From positions 38,948 through 102,947 of the IMG/VR virus record IMGVR_UViG_3300033145_001136: DNA of 64,000 bases; one strand, 5' to 3'. The notes under the pieces are model-generated. The model saw nothing but the letters and a program-made list of their open reading frames with translations, ran no database searches and was not told the DNA's origin. The DNA is from a virus. The position numbers and the translations under genes are program-made. This document shows, piece by piece, positions 10,162 to 20,151 of the stretch (position 1 is its first letter; every line of letters starts with the position of its first letter).

Positions 10162-10769
10162 TTTATCATCCCCGCTATTTTCATTGCAGCCAAATAATCT
10201 GGTGACACCAGACTAACCTTGTTTGTAATTTCTTCTATCGAACCACGCATCAAATATGATGGATGATACGTCGGCACTATTGGCACCCCATTAAACATGC
10301 GCCAAATGTTTTTCTCGTGAAAATCTTCTCGGAAGTCTCTTACAGAATGATTTTGTTGGGTAAGTGCGCGCATAGGCCATTTCCCCAAACCCATAATCAC
10401 TTTAGGAACAACAATTCGGACTGCCTCAGTCCAACAAAACCGACACGCTTCCTGCTCTGCTATTGTAGGATCTCGATTTTCTGGTGGACGACATATGAGC
10501 GTGTTCATTATAAAAACATTCTCTCGACCTACCCCTATCGCAGCCAGCAAGTCATCCAGAAATTTACCCGCCCTGCCAACGAATGGGCGACATTGCTCAA
10601 CTTCATGCTTACCGGCAGCTTCTCCCAATAAGAAAATTTTCGCATCAGATGATCCATCAGAAAAAGCTATTTGATCTGGTTCAGGACGATGTTGTTGCAG
10701 ACTACACCTCTCGCACCCCTGTGCTTCTCCGAGAAGATCCTCAAGTGTGAGAAGTGCTTCCTGTTTCAT
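10158..10769 (-). CDS. Uracil-DNA glycosylase, family 4 (Fe-S type)
   Basis: CERC, GEAAG, PFVGRAG, CRPPENRDP, C, TYHPSY; likely start MKQEAL at 10769. Confidence 0.93.
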   Translation of the reverse strand: MKQEALLTLEDLLGEAQGCERCSLQQHRPEPDQIAFSDGSSDAKIFLLGEAAGKHEVEQCRPFVGRAGKFLDDLLAAIGVGRENVFIMNTLICRPPENRDPTIAEQEACRFCWTEAVRIVVPKVIMGLGKWPMRALTQQNHSVRDFREDFHEKNIWRMFNGVPIVPTYHPSYLMRGSIEEITNKVSLVSPDYLAAMKIAGMIK

Positions 10770-10839
10770 TGTGATATGTCTCCGACATATATAGTTTGAG
10801 GTTGGTGGCAGAATGCTTTTCTGCCAAATCCATCGTAAA

Positions 10840-11208
10840 TCACCGCTCAACTAGTGCCCAACCTTTAATCGCCATAGCCGCATCAGCCACAGTTAATGCA
10901 TTAATTTCTAAATCGTGCATAATTAGTTTCTCAGGGTATTTCTCCGGTAGGCCATATTCTGGATTACAAATGTGTATTGTGTGCCCCGTTGATAAATGTA
11001 GTGTTATTACTCCATTCAGTGTATTATTAATGCTCGCTATTGGAGCTTCGTCAAATACTCCCATCTCCCAGGAACGAATTAATTTGCGATGCACACCATT
11101 GGCAAGGGTTGCAAGCGCAGCACTAGTGAGGATTAGTAGCACTCCTCGCCTTTCTTTACTACCTATGATCCAATCAAGTACCGATGCATAAAATCCAAGA
11201 TTAATCAA
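10840..11208 (-). CDS. Hypothetical protein
   Basis: Fills the gap between neighbours; likely TTG start at 11208 after AGGGAG. Confidence 0.5.
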   Translation of the reverse strand: MINLGFYASVLDWIIGSKERRGVLLILTSAALATLANGVHRKLIRSWEMGVFDEAPIASINNTLNGVITLHLSTGHTIHICNPEYGLPEKYPEKLIMHDLEINALTVADAAMAIKGWALVER

Positions 11209-11650
11209 CGAACTCTCCCTTTGCATTGGTTTTCCATCGATAATCACAGATAAGGCATCGCCAAAAAGCACCACCCATCTTTAACCCCGCAGCATGCCTA
11301 ATTTTACCTGATCCACAACCAGGTCGCTGGCAACGTGGGTCAAGAATCGGATTCGGGAACGGTGGGCGCGTTTTATGAACCTCATTGGCTTCGTCTACAC
11401 CCCCAGGGGCAGCAGACAAATCTGGCAAAGCTCCATCAGTAACAGGCTCCGGGTTCCCGTCAAGATTTGTTAGGGAGCTTACTTCAGCTTCTTGATTCGG
11501 CAGAGTATTGAGATCTACCTGTTCGTCGACGCCCTCTTCTCCTTGTTTCACTTTACATGCAAAACATAATTTAATATTCGGAGCAAATTTCGTCACCGTT
11601 AACGAAATCCCACAATCAGCACATTTAATTATCTTAGTCTCTTTAGCCAT
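11201..11650 (-). CDS. Zinc-finger protein
   Basis: N-terminal CADC...CFAC finger, acidic linker, C-terminal CQRPGC...CLIC. Confidence 0.65.
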   Translation of the reverse strand: MAKETKIIKCADCGISLTVTKFAPNIKLCFACKVKQGEEGVDEQVDLNTLPNQEAEVSSLTNLDGNPEPVTDGALPDLSAAPGGVDEANEVHKTRPPFPNPILDPRCQRPGCGSGKIRHAAGLKMGGAFWRCLICDYRWKTNAKGEFVD

Positions 11651-12335
11651 CTGTCTCATCCAAGTTAAATAGTCCGCCAGCAATAATTAAGTCATCTAGA
11701 TCTATTCTTGCAGATGTGGGCATCTGTTTATAATATGCTTGTTCTTTATGTATAATATCTGTATCGTGATCATCAAACGCTACATGGAATCCATAAAAGA
11801 TGCCGAGCATAAATACCAACGATATTTGCACATCGGGATATTTTTTATACAATATCCCATTTTCAGTGATATCAAACCCTTTTTCACTAAGCAGATATAA
11901 ATAGATTTCACGCCTAGTAAAAACCTCTACCGATGCAATTTGTGTATCATCTAAAGCAAGTAAATCTTTTTTAATCTTATCTATTTTAAGTTGGATTAGC
12001 TCAGCAGTATTCCGTATAGACTTAGCAATATCCTCCGCCAATTCTGATTTATCGAGTTTGACTTTGGGAATAGCATTATCATCTGGTCTACGGGATTTGT
12101 CTCTATCGGGGACGCTTTTTACACGTTTCTTTTCTGGTTCGCACGCATTACAGTACTGAGTATTACTTGCATAGCGATGTATTTCGATCGATTCTCCACA
12201 CCCCACACACTCAACAGTCTTGGTAGCACTACTATCCGGCCCGGCGCAATCCGTACATTTTTGCTCATTCGGCGTAAACTTGCCAACTTCTATGTTTTTA
12301 CTACATGAAGAGCACTGAATAACTTTTGTACTCAT
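11643..12335 (-). CDS. Protein with two tandem zinc fingers
   Basis: CSSC...CTDC and CVGC...CNAC; likely start MSTKVI at 12335 (AGAGGA RBS). Confidence 0.65.
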   Translation of the reverse strand: MSTKVIQCSSCSKNIEVGKFTPNEQKCTDCAGPDSSATKTVECVGCGESIEIHRYASNTQYCNACEPEKKRVKSVPDRDKSRRPDDNAIPKVKLDKSELAEDIAKSIRNTAELIQLKIDKIKKDLLALDDTQIASVEVFTRREIYLYLLSEKGFDITENGILYKKYPDVQISLVFMLGIFYGFHVAFDDHDTDIIHKEQAYYKQMPTSARIDLDDLIIAGGLFNLDETDG

Positions 12336-12428
12336 GTTTAAATCCTCTGCTAAGACATACGCCCATCCACTCTGAGCGTTTATTGGCTTTGCAGAAATTT
12401 TAAATAAAGTATAGAATGATGCCATATA

Positions 12429-15400
12429 CTACGAGCAACCGGTACTCGTCCCACAATGTCTACATATGTAGCACGTTCCTTGCTTTTCCATTTCCATTCC
12501 ACAATCTGAACATATCTGCGTATCCTCCCATCCATCAACATTCTGTTCTAGCTCATTCACAGACATGTCCCCATTACCATTCGTTAAGTCCACGTCAAAC
12601 CATATGGCTAAACATTTAACAATATAGTCAACCAATGACTTAGCAATTGGGATGTCTTTATTCTTAGTAAATCCCGATGGCTCAAATCTGATGTTAGATA
12701 ATTTTCTGAGAGTGATATCTAATGGCACACCAAATTGTAGCCCTATTGACCACAATATACCAATTGTTTCCATTAATCCAGAAATTGTGGACCCCACTTT
12801 TGCCATTACAATAAAGATTTCTCCTGGCCTACCATCAGGGTATCTGCCTACCTTCAAATATCCTTTGTGATTTGCCACCACAAATTTATGTCGTATCATA
12901 TTATCTGATGTATCTGGTAATTTTTCTCTTGTTGGTTTAATCACACCTATCTTCGGTTCCATGTCTACATCCATTGCGTGCGGCACTGTCTTTATTGATT
13001 TTTTGCTTTCGACTGTCACTGGTTGTATCTTCTTACTCTGGTCTCGATATATAGCCAAGGATTTCAGCCCCAACTTCCATCCTTCCATATATAGGTTGTA
13101 AATGTCGTCCACTGTCGCAGTATTTGGTAAATTTACTGTGTTGTGGCTGATGATCCCATTTGCAGCATAGCTATGTGTCTCAGGCACAGACAAATCATAA
13201 ACAAGCTGTGCCTCTGACTGGCGTACGTCAACAACAGGAACGTAAATATACTCTACGATCTCCGGGTTAAACTCAAATTCAATACGAGTCGCCACGTCTA
13301 AAAACGTACTCATCCTAATCATCCTGGTCCTACTATCAAACATGTTTCTAAATTCTTGTGTCTTATGCAAAAACCTAATCTTATCCAACAACTCAAGACG
13401 AATATTGTGGAATGGGAACTTGTTTACATTTATCCCATTAGATAATTCCCGAGCACGGGTACGCTTATGTTCCTCAAACCAAGTTAAAAGTTTCCCGGCA
13501 TCCCTAGCCTGATGCCTAGACACATGTAATACCGGGTAGTTTACCTCTCTTACGACATTGTCAGTCATGTAGGTTTGTATCCCAAGATTTGTCCAAATCA
13601 TTTGAACATCACGTAAGAGTCCATCCCTCCTCTGACACAATCTAAGAGACGATCCGACATACGAATCTAGGTATAATCCAGAAAGGTAGGCTAAGCAAAC
13701 GCCTCTTGAAGAACCTAGTATAATAGAGGGGACACACTCTTTGGTAAACCCAATATGGTCTAAGAACTCAACAAGTCCCTTGGACCCAACTAATATACAG
13801 TGGACCCCAGTCCGTGCGTCCACCTTATCATAGGCCTGTAATCCAAACAAACTGGAGAACAGCTCCAAGGCCCTAGTACGAACCTCAGGGTTATTTTTCG
13901 TAATTCCGACCACGTAATTAGATCTGATAACATGCCCATCAGCCGTCAACATACCAAGAAATGTGGCAAGATCCTCCGTCATACGATCAGGAAAGATAAC
14001 CCCCTTGTGTTGAGTACCATATATAGAAGCCGGTACAAACTCAATTGTCTGATTACTCCCCCATACATCTTGGCCCAGGGAAACCGCTGCCATATCTCCA
14101 GGCTCAAGCTCATCAAGAGACTTCCAATAGAGGCTATCTTGCCCAGCAACCAAGATCTTGTGACCCCCAGTCCCAACGAGTCTGCGCCCATCGTTCAATG
14201 TAACAGCAACCGTCTCTCTAACTCCGTTATAATAAGTTTCCGCCGCTATGTTTAATCCCCCGCGCCCAGAGACTGGAAGATTAAGAGAATCAAACGAGTC
14301 CTCAACCATCTCCCCTCCGTAGATTTCCCCAATACGCTTCATACCATCCGCTGTATTGACGATTGTATCCCCCGAAACACATTTCGAAATACCACCGGAG
14401 AGATATGGTTGCACTGCCGCCATCATCTTAATGTGGCCCTCCGGAAATATTTGATTATCACCCAATGCCGTAGCAAAGATGGGGGCCTCATCCGGCAATA
14501 CCCAATTGGATATGTTATCACCCATAGTAAGCGCTTTCATAGTCTCACTGATCATAACATCGTCATATCCTAGATCGTCAAGAATATATGAGATGTCACG
14601 ATTAACCATACTTATAATCCCACCGCCTATTAATTTCTTTTTCTTTACTAGTGCAATATCCGGCTCAATGCCAGTAGTCTCACAGTCCATCATAAAAGAA
14701 ATTGTGCCTGCGGGCGCTAATACGGTTACTTGTGCATTGCGAAAGCCACCTATGTGCATGGGTAACATGTCATAATATGCGCTTAATTCCGACAATATTT
14801 CTGGGTCCACATATTTGCCATACTCAGGTACATTATGTTGGAAGGCACCTGCGTGTAACCCCATTACATTTGCGTATGATCGCTTGCACTGTTCATATGC
14901 TGGAAATGCGCCCAGTACCTTTGCCAACTCCATGGATTGCATTAGTGCATGTACGTGCATCGTCGCCGTTATTACCGCCGCTGTCGCGCGTGCTTCGGGC
15001 GAATCGTATGGCATCAATTTACGCATTAATAACGAACCGAGATTCGTATAGCCCAATCCAATTGGCCTATATTTCAAAGAATTATGTGCGATTTTGTCAG
15101 TAGGATATCCCGCGAGGTTAATAATGATATCCTGCGCGATTATCATAATCCGTACAGTATGTGCAAAATCATGCATTTCTAGCAATTTTTCCGGGTGCCA
15201 AAATTTCATTAGATTAAGTGAAGCCAGGTTACATGCAGAATCGTCTACAAAAGCGAACTCGGCACAATTATGTACCATATAGCCATTTGCATAGAAATGA
15301 TGAACATCGTCCACAACAAAATCATAAACATCTTCTTCTACACCAGTGTCAATAACTTCCTTTACTTTTATCTCCCATCTATCGTGCCCATAATTATCAA

Positions 15401-17396
15401 CAGGATGTGCCATTATTTTGGATAGCAGTTCAGCCTTATGCCTACTTAACATAAATGGGATCATATCCCTTGCAAGTCGTCTAAGACTGTCTCCATTTAT
15501 GATTAATTCCCAATATTTGTGGCTATTTTCAAACCCACCTTTTGGCCTTTTTCTATAGTATAGTTTACTTATAACATTCCTACCAAGTAGCGCAATATGT
15601 AAATCATTTAATAAATCAAATGATGCGGACCCAAACCTAATATTTACATCCTTCCCCACTCTAAAATTGCATGTACCGTCTGCGCTAAAATATCCCGCCA
15701 AAAACGCATAAAATTCGTCATTGGGTAGTCTCATTATCTCGGGACCAAGCCTCTTCGTTCTGGCCTTCCCAGAATATCCCAATCTCAAAAATCGCGCATG
15801 GTACGCCTTTCGTGCAACCCTTAGATTCCACGGTGGCTCACCCACACTACCACTACTTTGTTTAATGTCGTTGGTTGGCAACCCCTCTGTTTTTAAAAAT
15901 TTAACATATTGACCAAGCGCATATTTGTCGTCTTTACCGAAGCACATCCCGACCAGATAGCTTTTGAATAAGGGACTATTATGTTTTTTAGTTTGTGCCA
16001 CCCATCCATCGCCTAGAGCAAATCCATAGAATCTAAGAAAATCAATGGACTCCCCAGACCGCTCAGAATGTATCGTATCAACCAAGTTATGTGGTGATAG
16101 GTTATCAGATTCCATAAGGTTAGCAGCCTCAATCCATCCCCTATTTGTTTTTATTGGGTGATTGCCGGTCACCTTTATTACGCCGCCAATAGACGTTTTT
16201 ATATGGAATATTCGTTTGCGCCCAGTTTTGATCAACTTGGCTAATTTTGGCCCTTGTTCTGTAGTAAGCATAATCTCTGTGGAATCAAGTAACTCATCTA
16301 CTCGTACACATCCATCTGGCGTAAGAACCCACGTATCCCCAGTAACACAGGGGTTACAACTATTAATGCGCTCAATCTCTCGAACCGGGTTATATTCATT
16401 AATAGTTGTATCATATTGTATCCCAGGATCGCCACATTCCCATGCCGCCTCTGCCATTTGCCGCAATATATCTCTTGCCCGCACCATTTTCACTATCCAT
16501 GATGCATCTTGCTCTTTGCGCGACATCAAAGCCCATTCCCCGTCCGATATGGCAGCCTGCATAAACGCATCTGTTACACGTACCGAATGGTTAGCATTCT
16601 GGAAATATAGATTTTTGTATACCAGTCCTTCTAAATCACCGTCATGCCCCATTTCAATAAGATCATGTGCCTTGCGCTCTTCAAGCGGTTTGCACCAAAT
16701 AAATTCTTCTATATCAGGGTGATCTGCCTCTAAAATGCGCATACATGCGGCTTTTCTGCTCGTAGTCCCCGACTTTATTACACCCGCAAATGCGTCATAC
16801 CCTTTCATAAATGGGACCGGGCCAACAGCCAGACTTTTGTGTGAAATCATCTCATGGGATGATCGAATGGGTGATAGATTCGTCCCAGAACCCCCACCTT
16901 GCTTAAAAATCATTCCTTCTGTTTTTGCTAGCTCAAGGATAGACTCCATGGAATCTTCCACACTGTTGATAAAACACGCAGATAAAATTGACTTAGAATT
17001 GCTCTTTACACCAAGATTAAACCATACCGGACTATTAAAGGAGGCTCGTTGGTCTAGTAGGATATAGGTTAGTTCATCACGAAATGCAAAACTCTCTTGA
17101 TCGGTTGTGAAATAGCCATGTTTAACGCCACCTTGCACAATGGTATCCACTACCCGCTTTACCATCTGTGCCACAGAGATTTCTCGCTCTGGTGTATCTT
17201 GCGCACCACTGAAATATTTTTGTGCAACTATATTTACTGCGGTCTGCGACCAACTTTCTGGCACCCTTACATCGTCTTGCTCAAAAACGATTGTCCCATC
17301 TACTTTTGCAATCTCCGCCCGTACTTCTTTCCATGGGAATTGACTAACTACCGGTACATTTTCCTCCGTAAAGACACGCGTTACCTGCAGTCCCAT
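12429..17396 (-). CDS. nrdJ: Class II (adenosylcobalamin-dependent) ribonucleotide reductase with two inteins
   Basis: FNSPVWFN, SACFI, GGGSG, NPC/AE active site, CNLASLNL, RPIGLG, LAPAGTI, ISK/TVN, C-terminal TSCPD-type domain and terminal zinc ribbon ending GCS. Confidence 0.95.
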   Translation of the reverse strand: MGLQVTRVFTEENVPVVSQFPWKEVRAEIAKVDGTIVFEQDDVRVPESWSQTAVNIVAQKYFSGAQDTPEREISVAQMVKRVVDTIVQGGVKHGYFTTDQESFAFRDELTYILLDQRASFNSPVWFNLGVKSNSKSILSACFINSVEDSMESILELAKTEGMIFKQGGGSGTNLSPIRSSHEMISHKSLAVGPVPFMKGYDAFAGVIKSGTTSRKAACMRILEADHPDIEEFIWCKPLEERKAHDLIEMGHDGDLEGLVYKNLYFQNANHSVRVTDAFMQAAISDGEWALMSRKEQDASWIVKMVRARDILRQMAEAAWECGDPGIQYDTTINEYNPVREIERINSCNPCVTGDTWVLTPDGCVRVDELLDSTEIMLTTEQGPKLAKLIKTGRKRIFHIKTSIGGVIKVTGNHPIKTNRGWIEAANLMESDNLSPHNLVDTIHSERSGESIDFLRFYGFALGDGWVAQTKKHNSPLFKSYLVGMCFGKDDKYALGQYVKFLKTEGLPTNDIKQSSGSVGEPPWNLRVARKAYHARFLRLGYSGKARTKRLGPEIMRLPNDEFYAFLAGYFSADGTCNFRVGKDVNIRFGSASFDLLNDLHIALLGRNVISKLYYRKRPKGGFENSHKYWELIINGDSLRRLARDMIPFMLSRHKAELLSKIMAHPVDNYGHDRWEIKVKEVIDTGVEEDVYDFVVDDVHHFYANGYMVHNCAEFAFVDDSACNLASLNLMKFWHPEKLLEMHDFAHTVRIMIIAQDIIINLAGYPTDKIAHNSLKYRPIGLGYTNLGSLLMRKLMPYDSPEARATAAVITATMHVHALMQSMELAKVLGAFPAYEQCKRSYANVMGLHAGAFQHNVPEYGKYVDPEILSELSAYYDMLPMHIGGFRNAQVTVLAPAGTISFMMDCETTGIEPDIALVKKKKLIGGGIISMVNRDISYILDDLGYDDVMISETMKALTMGDNISNWVLPDEAPIFATALGDNQIFPEGHIKMMAAVQPYLSGGISKCVSGDTIVNTADGMKRIGEIYGGEMVEDSFDSLNLPVSGRGGLNIAAETYYNGVRETVAVTLNDGRRLVGTGGHKILVAGQDSLYWKSLDELEPGDMAAVSLGQDVWGSNQTIEFVPASIYGTQHKGVIFPDRMTEDLATFLGMLTADGHVIRSNYVVGITKNNPEVRTRALELFSSLFGLQAYDKVDARTGVHCILVGSKGLVEFLDHIGFTKECVPSIILGSSRGVCLAYLSGLYLDSYVGSSLRLCQRRDGLLRDVQMIWTNLGIQTYMTDNVVREVNYPVLHVSRHQARDAGKLLTWFEEHKRTRARELSNGINVNKFPFHNIRLELLDKIRFLHKTQEFRNMFDSRTRMIRMSTFLDVATRIEFEFNPEIVEYIYVPVVDVRQSEAQLVYDLSVPETHSYAANGIISHNTVNLPNTATVDDIYNLYMEGWKLGLKSLAIYRDQSKKIQPVTVESKKSIKTVPHAMDVDMEPKIGVIKPTREKLPDTSDNMIRHKFVVANHKGYLKVGRYPDGRPGEIFIVMAKVGSTISGLMETIGILWSIGLQFGVPLDITLRKLSNIRFEPSGFTKNKDIPIAKSLVDYIVKCLAIWFDVDLTNGNGDMSVNELEQNVDGWEDTQICSDCGMEMEKQGTCYICRHCGTSTGCS
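13140..14381 (-). mobile_element. Intein 2 in NrdJ (414 aa) with LAGLIDADG homing endonuclease
   Basis: Starts CVSGDT after GGISK, ends IISHN before T(VNLP); FLGMLTADG and YLSGLYLDS blocks. Confidence 0.92.
15267..16349 (-). mobile_element. Intein 1 in NrdJ (361 aa) with LAGLIDADG homing endonuclease
   Basis: Starts CVTGDT after NSCNP, TGNH block B, FYGFALGDG and FLAGYFSADG, ends YMVHN before catalytic C(AE). Confidence 0.93.
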
Positions 17397-17410
17397 AATA
17401 TAAAGCTCCT

Positions 17411-17935
17411 CTATTTGCCTGTACTACCAAATCCTTTATCACCACGATCTGTTTGTGGTAATGTATTAACAGCACGTACCTTTATCCCACGAACTCGACG
17501 CATCATTATTAGCTGAAACAGTCTGTCTCCATTACATATTTCTATGGCCTCATTTGTATGGTTGTGGAGATATGACATCAATTCGCCTGTGTAGCCTTCG
17601 TCAATGATCCCGGTCAAAACAGAAACCCCTCGCACACCAGTCGATGAACGACCAACAATTCTACCCCAGCAATTTCTAGGAAGTTTTATATGTACTCCTG
17701 TACTTACGTCGATTGTTCCACGTGGTGGGAGAATAATTCTACCTTCTGGAATCCAACATTTTAGATCTATTCCACAATCACCAGAATATTTAAATCCTAA
17801 TCCCCTGTGTGATTCTGGTAAGCCATAAGCATATTTGATTTTGAGACATACACCTGGAGCTCGAATAAGTAATCTTATGAGGAGTATACTATTCAGGCTC
17901 GTCAGGAAGTAAAGAACCAGCGTCAGCATATCCAT
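17411..17935 (-). CDS. dut: Trimeric dUTPase-family protein with hydrophobic N-terminal extension
   Basis: GDCGIDL, GRSS, GIIDEGYTGE, GDRLFQL, RGDKGFGSTG (motifs I-V); start uncertain (17929-17992). Confidence 0.9.
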   Translation of the reverse strand: MDMLTLVLYFLTSLNSILLIRLLIRAPGVCLKIKYAYGLPESHRGLGFKYSGDCGIDLKCWIPEGRIILPPRGTIDVSTGVHIKLPRNCWGRIVGRSSTGVRGVSVLTGIIDEGYTGELMSYLHNHTNEAIEICNGDRLFQLIMMRRVRGIKVRAVNTLPQTDRGDKGFGSTGK

Positions 17936-18434
17936 CATCTGCTCCATTGCTATTAATCGATGTTGCGTCACGTAACTGAGAAACCAATTCATACAAATAT
18001 TCCGGCAGGGTATCTGCTGTCGCCTTTATATCGGCATATACATTTGCATATACAGAAACCGACCCGGGCACAACCAACGCGATATTGCTAATAATTTTGT
18101 GTTCAAAATTCTGTAGATATTCGGCACTCGATATCAATAACTCTATTGGCGTCCCAATAGATAACCTTGATGGATTAGTGAAATTGAGAATAACTATGTC
18201 TGCTTCCAATACCGCTGCTCTATTTATTTCTGCTATATAATTACTAACTTGCACACTTGTTGGTGGGCCATTTAATTTATATGGACGATCTGGTAAAAAG
18301 ATACAATATCCAACTCCCAATTTCTCACACACCACTTCAATGAGTTCCATTACCTCACCCTGTGATATACCAGCATGAATCTCTGGTGGGCAGTCAATCG
18401 GCCCACCAAGATAAAAATTAATTGCCATATCCAT
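17889..18434 (-). CDS. Nucleoside 2-deoxyribosyltransferase / dNMP N-hydrolase family protein
   Basis: FYLGGPI, INRAAVLEADIVI, SIGTPIEL (catalytic Glu position). Confidence 0.7.
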   Translation of the reverse strand: MDMAINFYLGGPIDCPPEIHAGISQGEVMELIEVVCEKLGVGYCIFLPDRPYKLNGPPTSVQVSNYIAEINRAAVLEADIVILNFTNPSRLSIGTPIELLISSAEYLQNFEHKIISNIALVVPGSVSVYANVYADIKATADTLPEYLYELVSQLRDATSINSNGADDGYADAGSLLPDEPE

Positions 18435-18436
18435 AA

Positions 18437-19081
18437 TTATGTTCTCCTATGGCGGAATTTCTTAAGTTGCGCAGTCATTTCTTGTCTAATCATGGTGGCG
18501 ATTGGCTGAATACCACCAGCCGATAGTTCTTGCTTCGTACTGTGTATAAATTTACAATATGGTAAGGTATCTTGGATCGTTAGATAAATTGTACCCGTAC
18601 CTGTAAATGTAGTAGCTGTAGGATACTCTTCCCGTATCGCCGCAATAGTCTCAACACATCTAGCAGTATCTGCAACAATACGCTTATTAACGCTGTCCGT
18701 GGTCATATCATATATGTCACGACCACGTGCAAGACATCGCTTAAGTAAAATTTCTCTCTGACATTGAAAATCAACGCACACATCGATTTCAATGTCATTG
18801 TCTTTTAAGAATTGGACCTGTTCTGCTGTACGTGGAAATCCATCCAAGATGATCATTTTATTACTGTTCTCTTCCATCATTCGTAACACAGTATTTCTTA
18901 TAATCTCCTCTGCTGGATGCAATTCCCCCTCTGCAAGTGCTGCATCTGCTTCGTCTGACTCAATGGTTCTAGCTATATCGCCAGAAGAAATATGTGCAAA
19001 TTCATCAGTCTGCTTAACAATTTCTCTAGCATATGACGACGTACCGCTTCCTGTCGGACCTACAAATGTAATAACGATCAT
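18437..19081 (-). CDS. Adenylate kinase / NMP kinase family protein
   Basis: GPTGSGTS P-loop variant, HISSGDIAR, ILDGFPRTAEQ, short lid RGR..D. Confidence 0.85.
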   Translation of the reverse strand: MIVITFVGPTGSGTSSYAREIVKQTDEFAHISSGDIARTIESDEADAALAEGELHPAEEIIRNTVLRMMEENSNKMIILDGFPRTAEQVQFLKDNDIEIDVCVDFQCQREILLKRCLARGRDIYDMTTDSVNKRIVADTARCVETIAAIREEYPTATTFTGTGTIYLTIQDTLPYCKFIHSTKQELSAGGIQPIATMIRQEMTAQLKKFRHRRT

Positions 19082-19083
19082 TG

Positions 19084-20151
19084 TTATTCCTCTCTTGGCA
19101 TCGAAACTTTATTTCCTGGTTGAGCTTCGTTAGGGATTTCACCCCTATAATCAAATGCATGAACAAACCCACCACGAATAATATTGAGCATTTCAAAGTC
19201 AGCAACAAAATCACTTATCATACAAAGTTCATTGGTAAGGTTTGTATTTGATATTGTTAAGTTGTCAGAATTTATTGTTACCGGGATTCCAAAATCTAAC
19301 ATATATCTAAGTGGAAACGCGTGCTTGTATTTTACCGATCCCGTGTGAAAAGATGAAGACGGGCATAATTCAATTGGCGCGCCATAATCTCGCAATAATC
19401 GCATAATTCCTTTGTCATCCACTGCTCTATAACAATGTCCCAATCGATCCGGTTCAAGAGCTTCCACTGCTTCACCAATCATGTATGCCGGACAATTTTC
19501 TCCTATGTGAAAAGTCGCCTTCATCCCGCATCCCCTAGCCATAGAAAAGGCTTCATGAAATAATTTAGGAGAAATCGCTTCGTATCCTGCAGCATCAAAC
19601 CCAACTACAAACTTATCCATTAATTGTGTTCTGTGACTAAATACCTCGTCAAGCATATGTGTGGCTACTTTGGGCCCTTCCTGTCGCATAGCGATAACAA
19701 TAGCTCTACCGGTGATGTCGTCAAACATATCCCCTACCATCGCTAATCCCTCACATACCGCATTTACTGTATCTGCGACACCAAGTCCACGTCGCATATG
19801 TAGAGTTGGCGCAAATCTCAATTCAAAATATGTAACATTATCTTTTTTTAGTTGTTGACCTATGTTTATTACGCTATCCCGCAATAAATCGTATGTCTGA
19901 GTTATCCACAGTGGATAAAAGAAACAATCCAAATATTCTAATAACGTATTAGCATTTGCCGCAGATAGTTTTGCTCGTAATCGTCCAACATCTTGTAATT
20001 CTGGTGGCAGTATAACTCCTTCACCCATGTGCTCCACTTCTTTAGACAAGTGCACCATAAATTCCGGCTCTATTGATCCATCCAAGTGCAAATGTAATTC
20101 TGCTTTTGGAATTTGCCGTATTGTTTTATACCACTTATGATAATCCCTCAT
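19084..20151 (-). CDS. add: Adenosine/AMP deaminase family protein
   Basis: KAELHLHLDGS, YFELRFAP, FHIGE, RLGH, ELCPSS, TINSDN. Confidence 0.92.
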   Translation of the reverse strand: MRDYHKWYKTIRQIPKAELHLHLDGSIEPEFMVHLSKEVEHMGEGVILPPELQDVGRLRAKLSAANANTLLEYLDCFFYPLWITQTYDLLRDSVINIGQQLKKDNVTYFELRFAPTLHMRRGLGVADTVNAVCEGLAMVGDMFDDITGRAIVIAMRQEGPKVATHMLDEVFSHRTQLMDKFVVGFDAAGYEAISPKLFHEAFSMARGCGMKATFHIGENCPAYMIGEAVEALEPDRLGHCYRAVDDKGIMRLLRDYGAPIELCPSSSFHTGSVKYKHAFPLRYMLDFGIPVTINSDNLTISNTNLTNELCMISDFVADFEMLNIIRGGFVHAFDYRGEIPNEAQPGNKVSMPREE

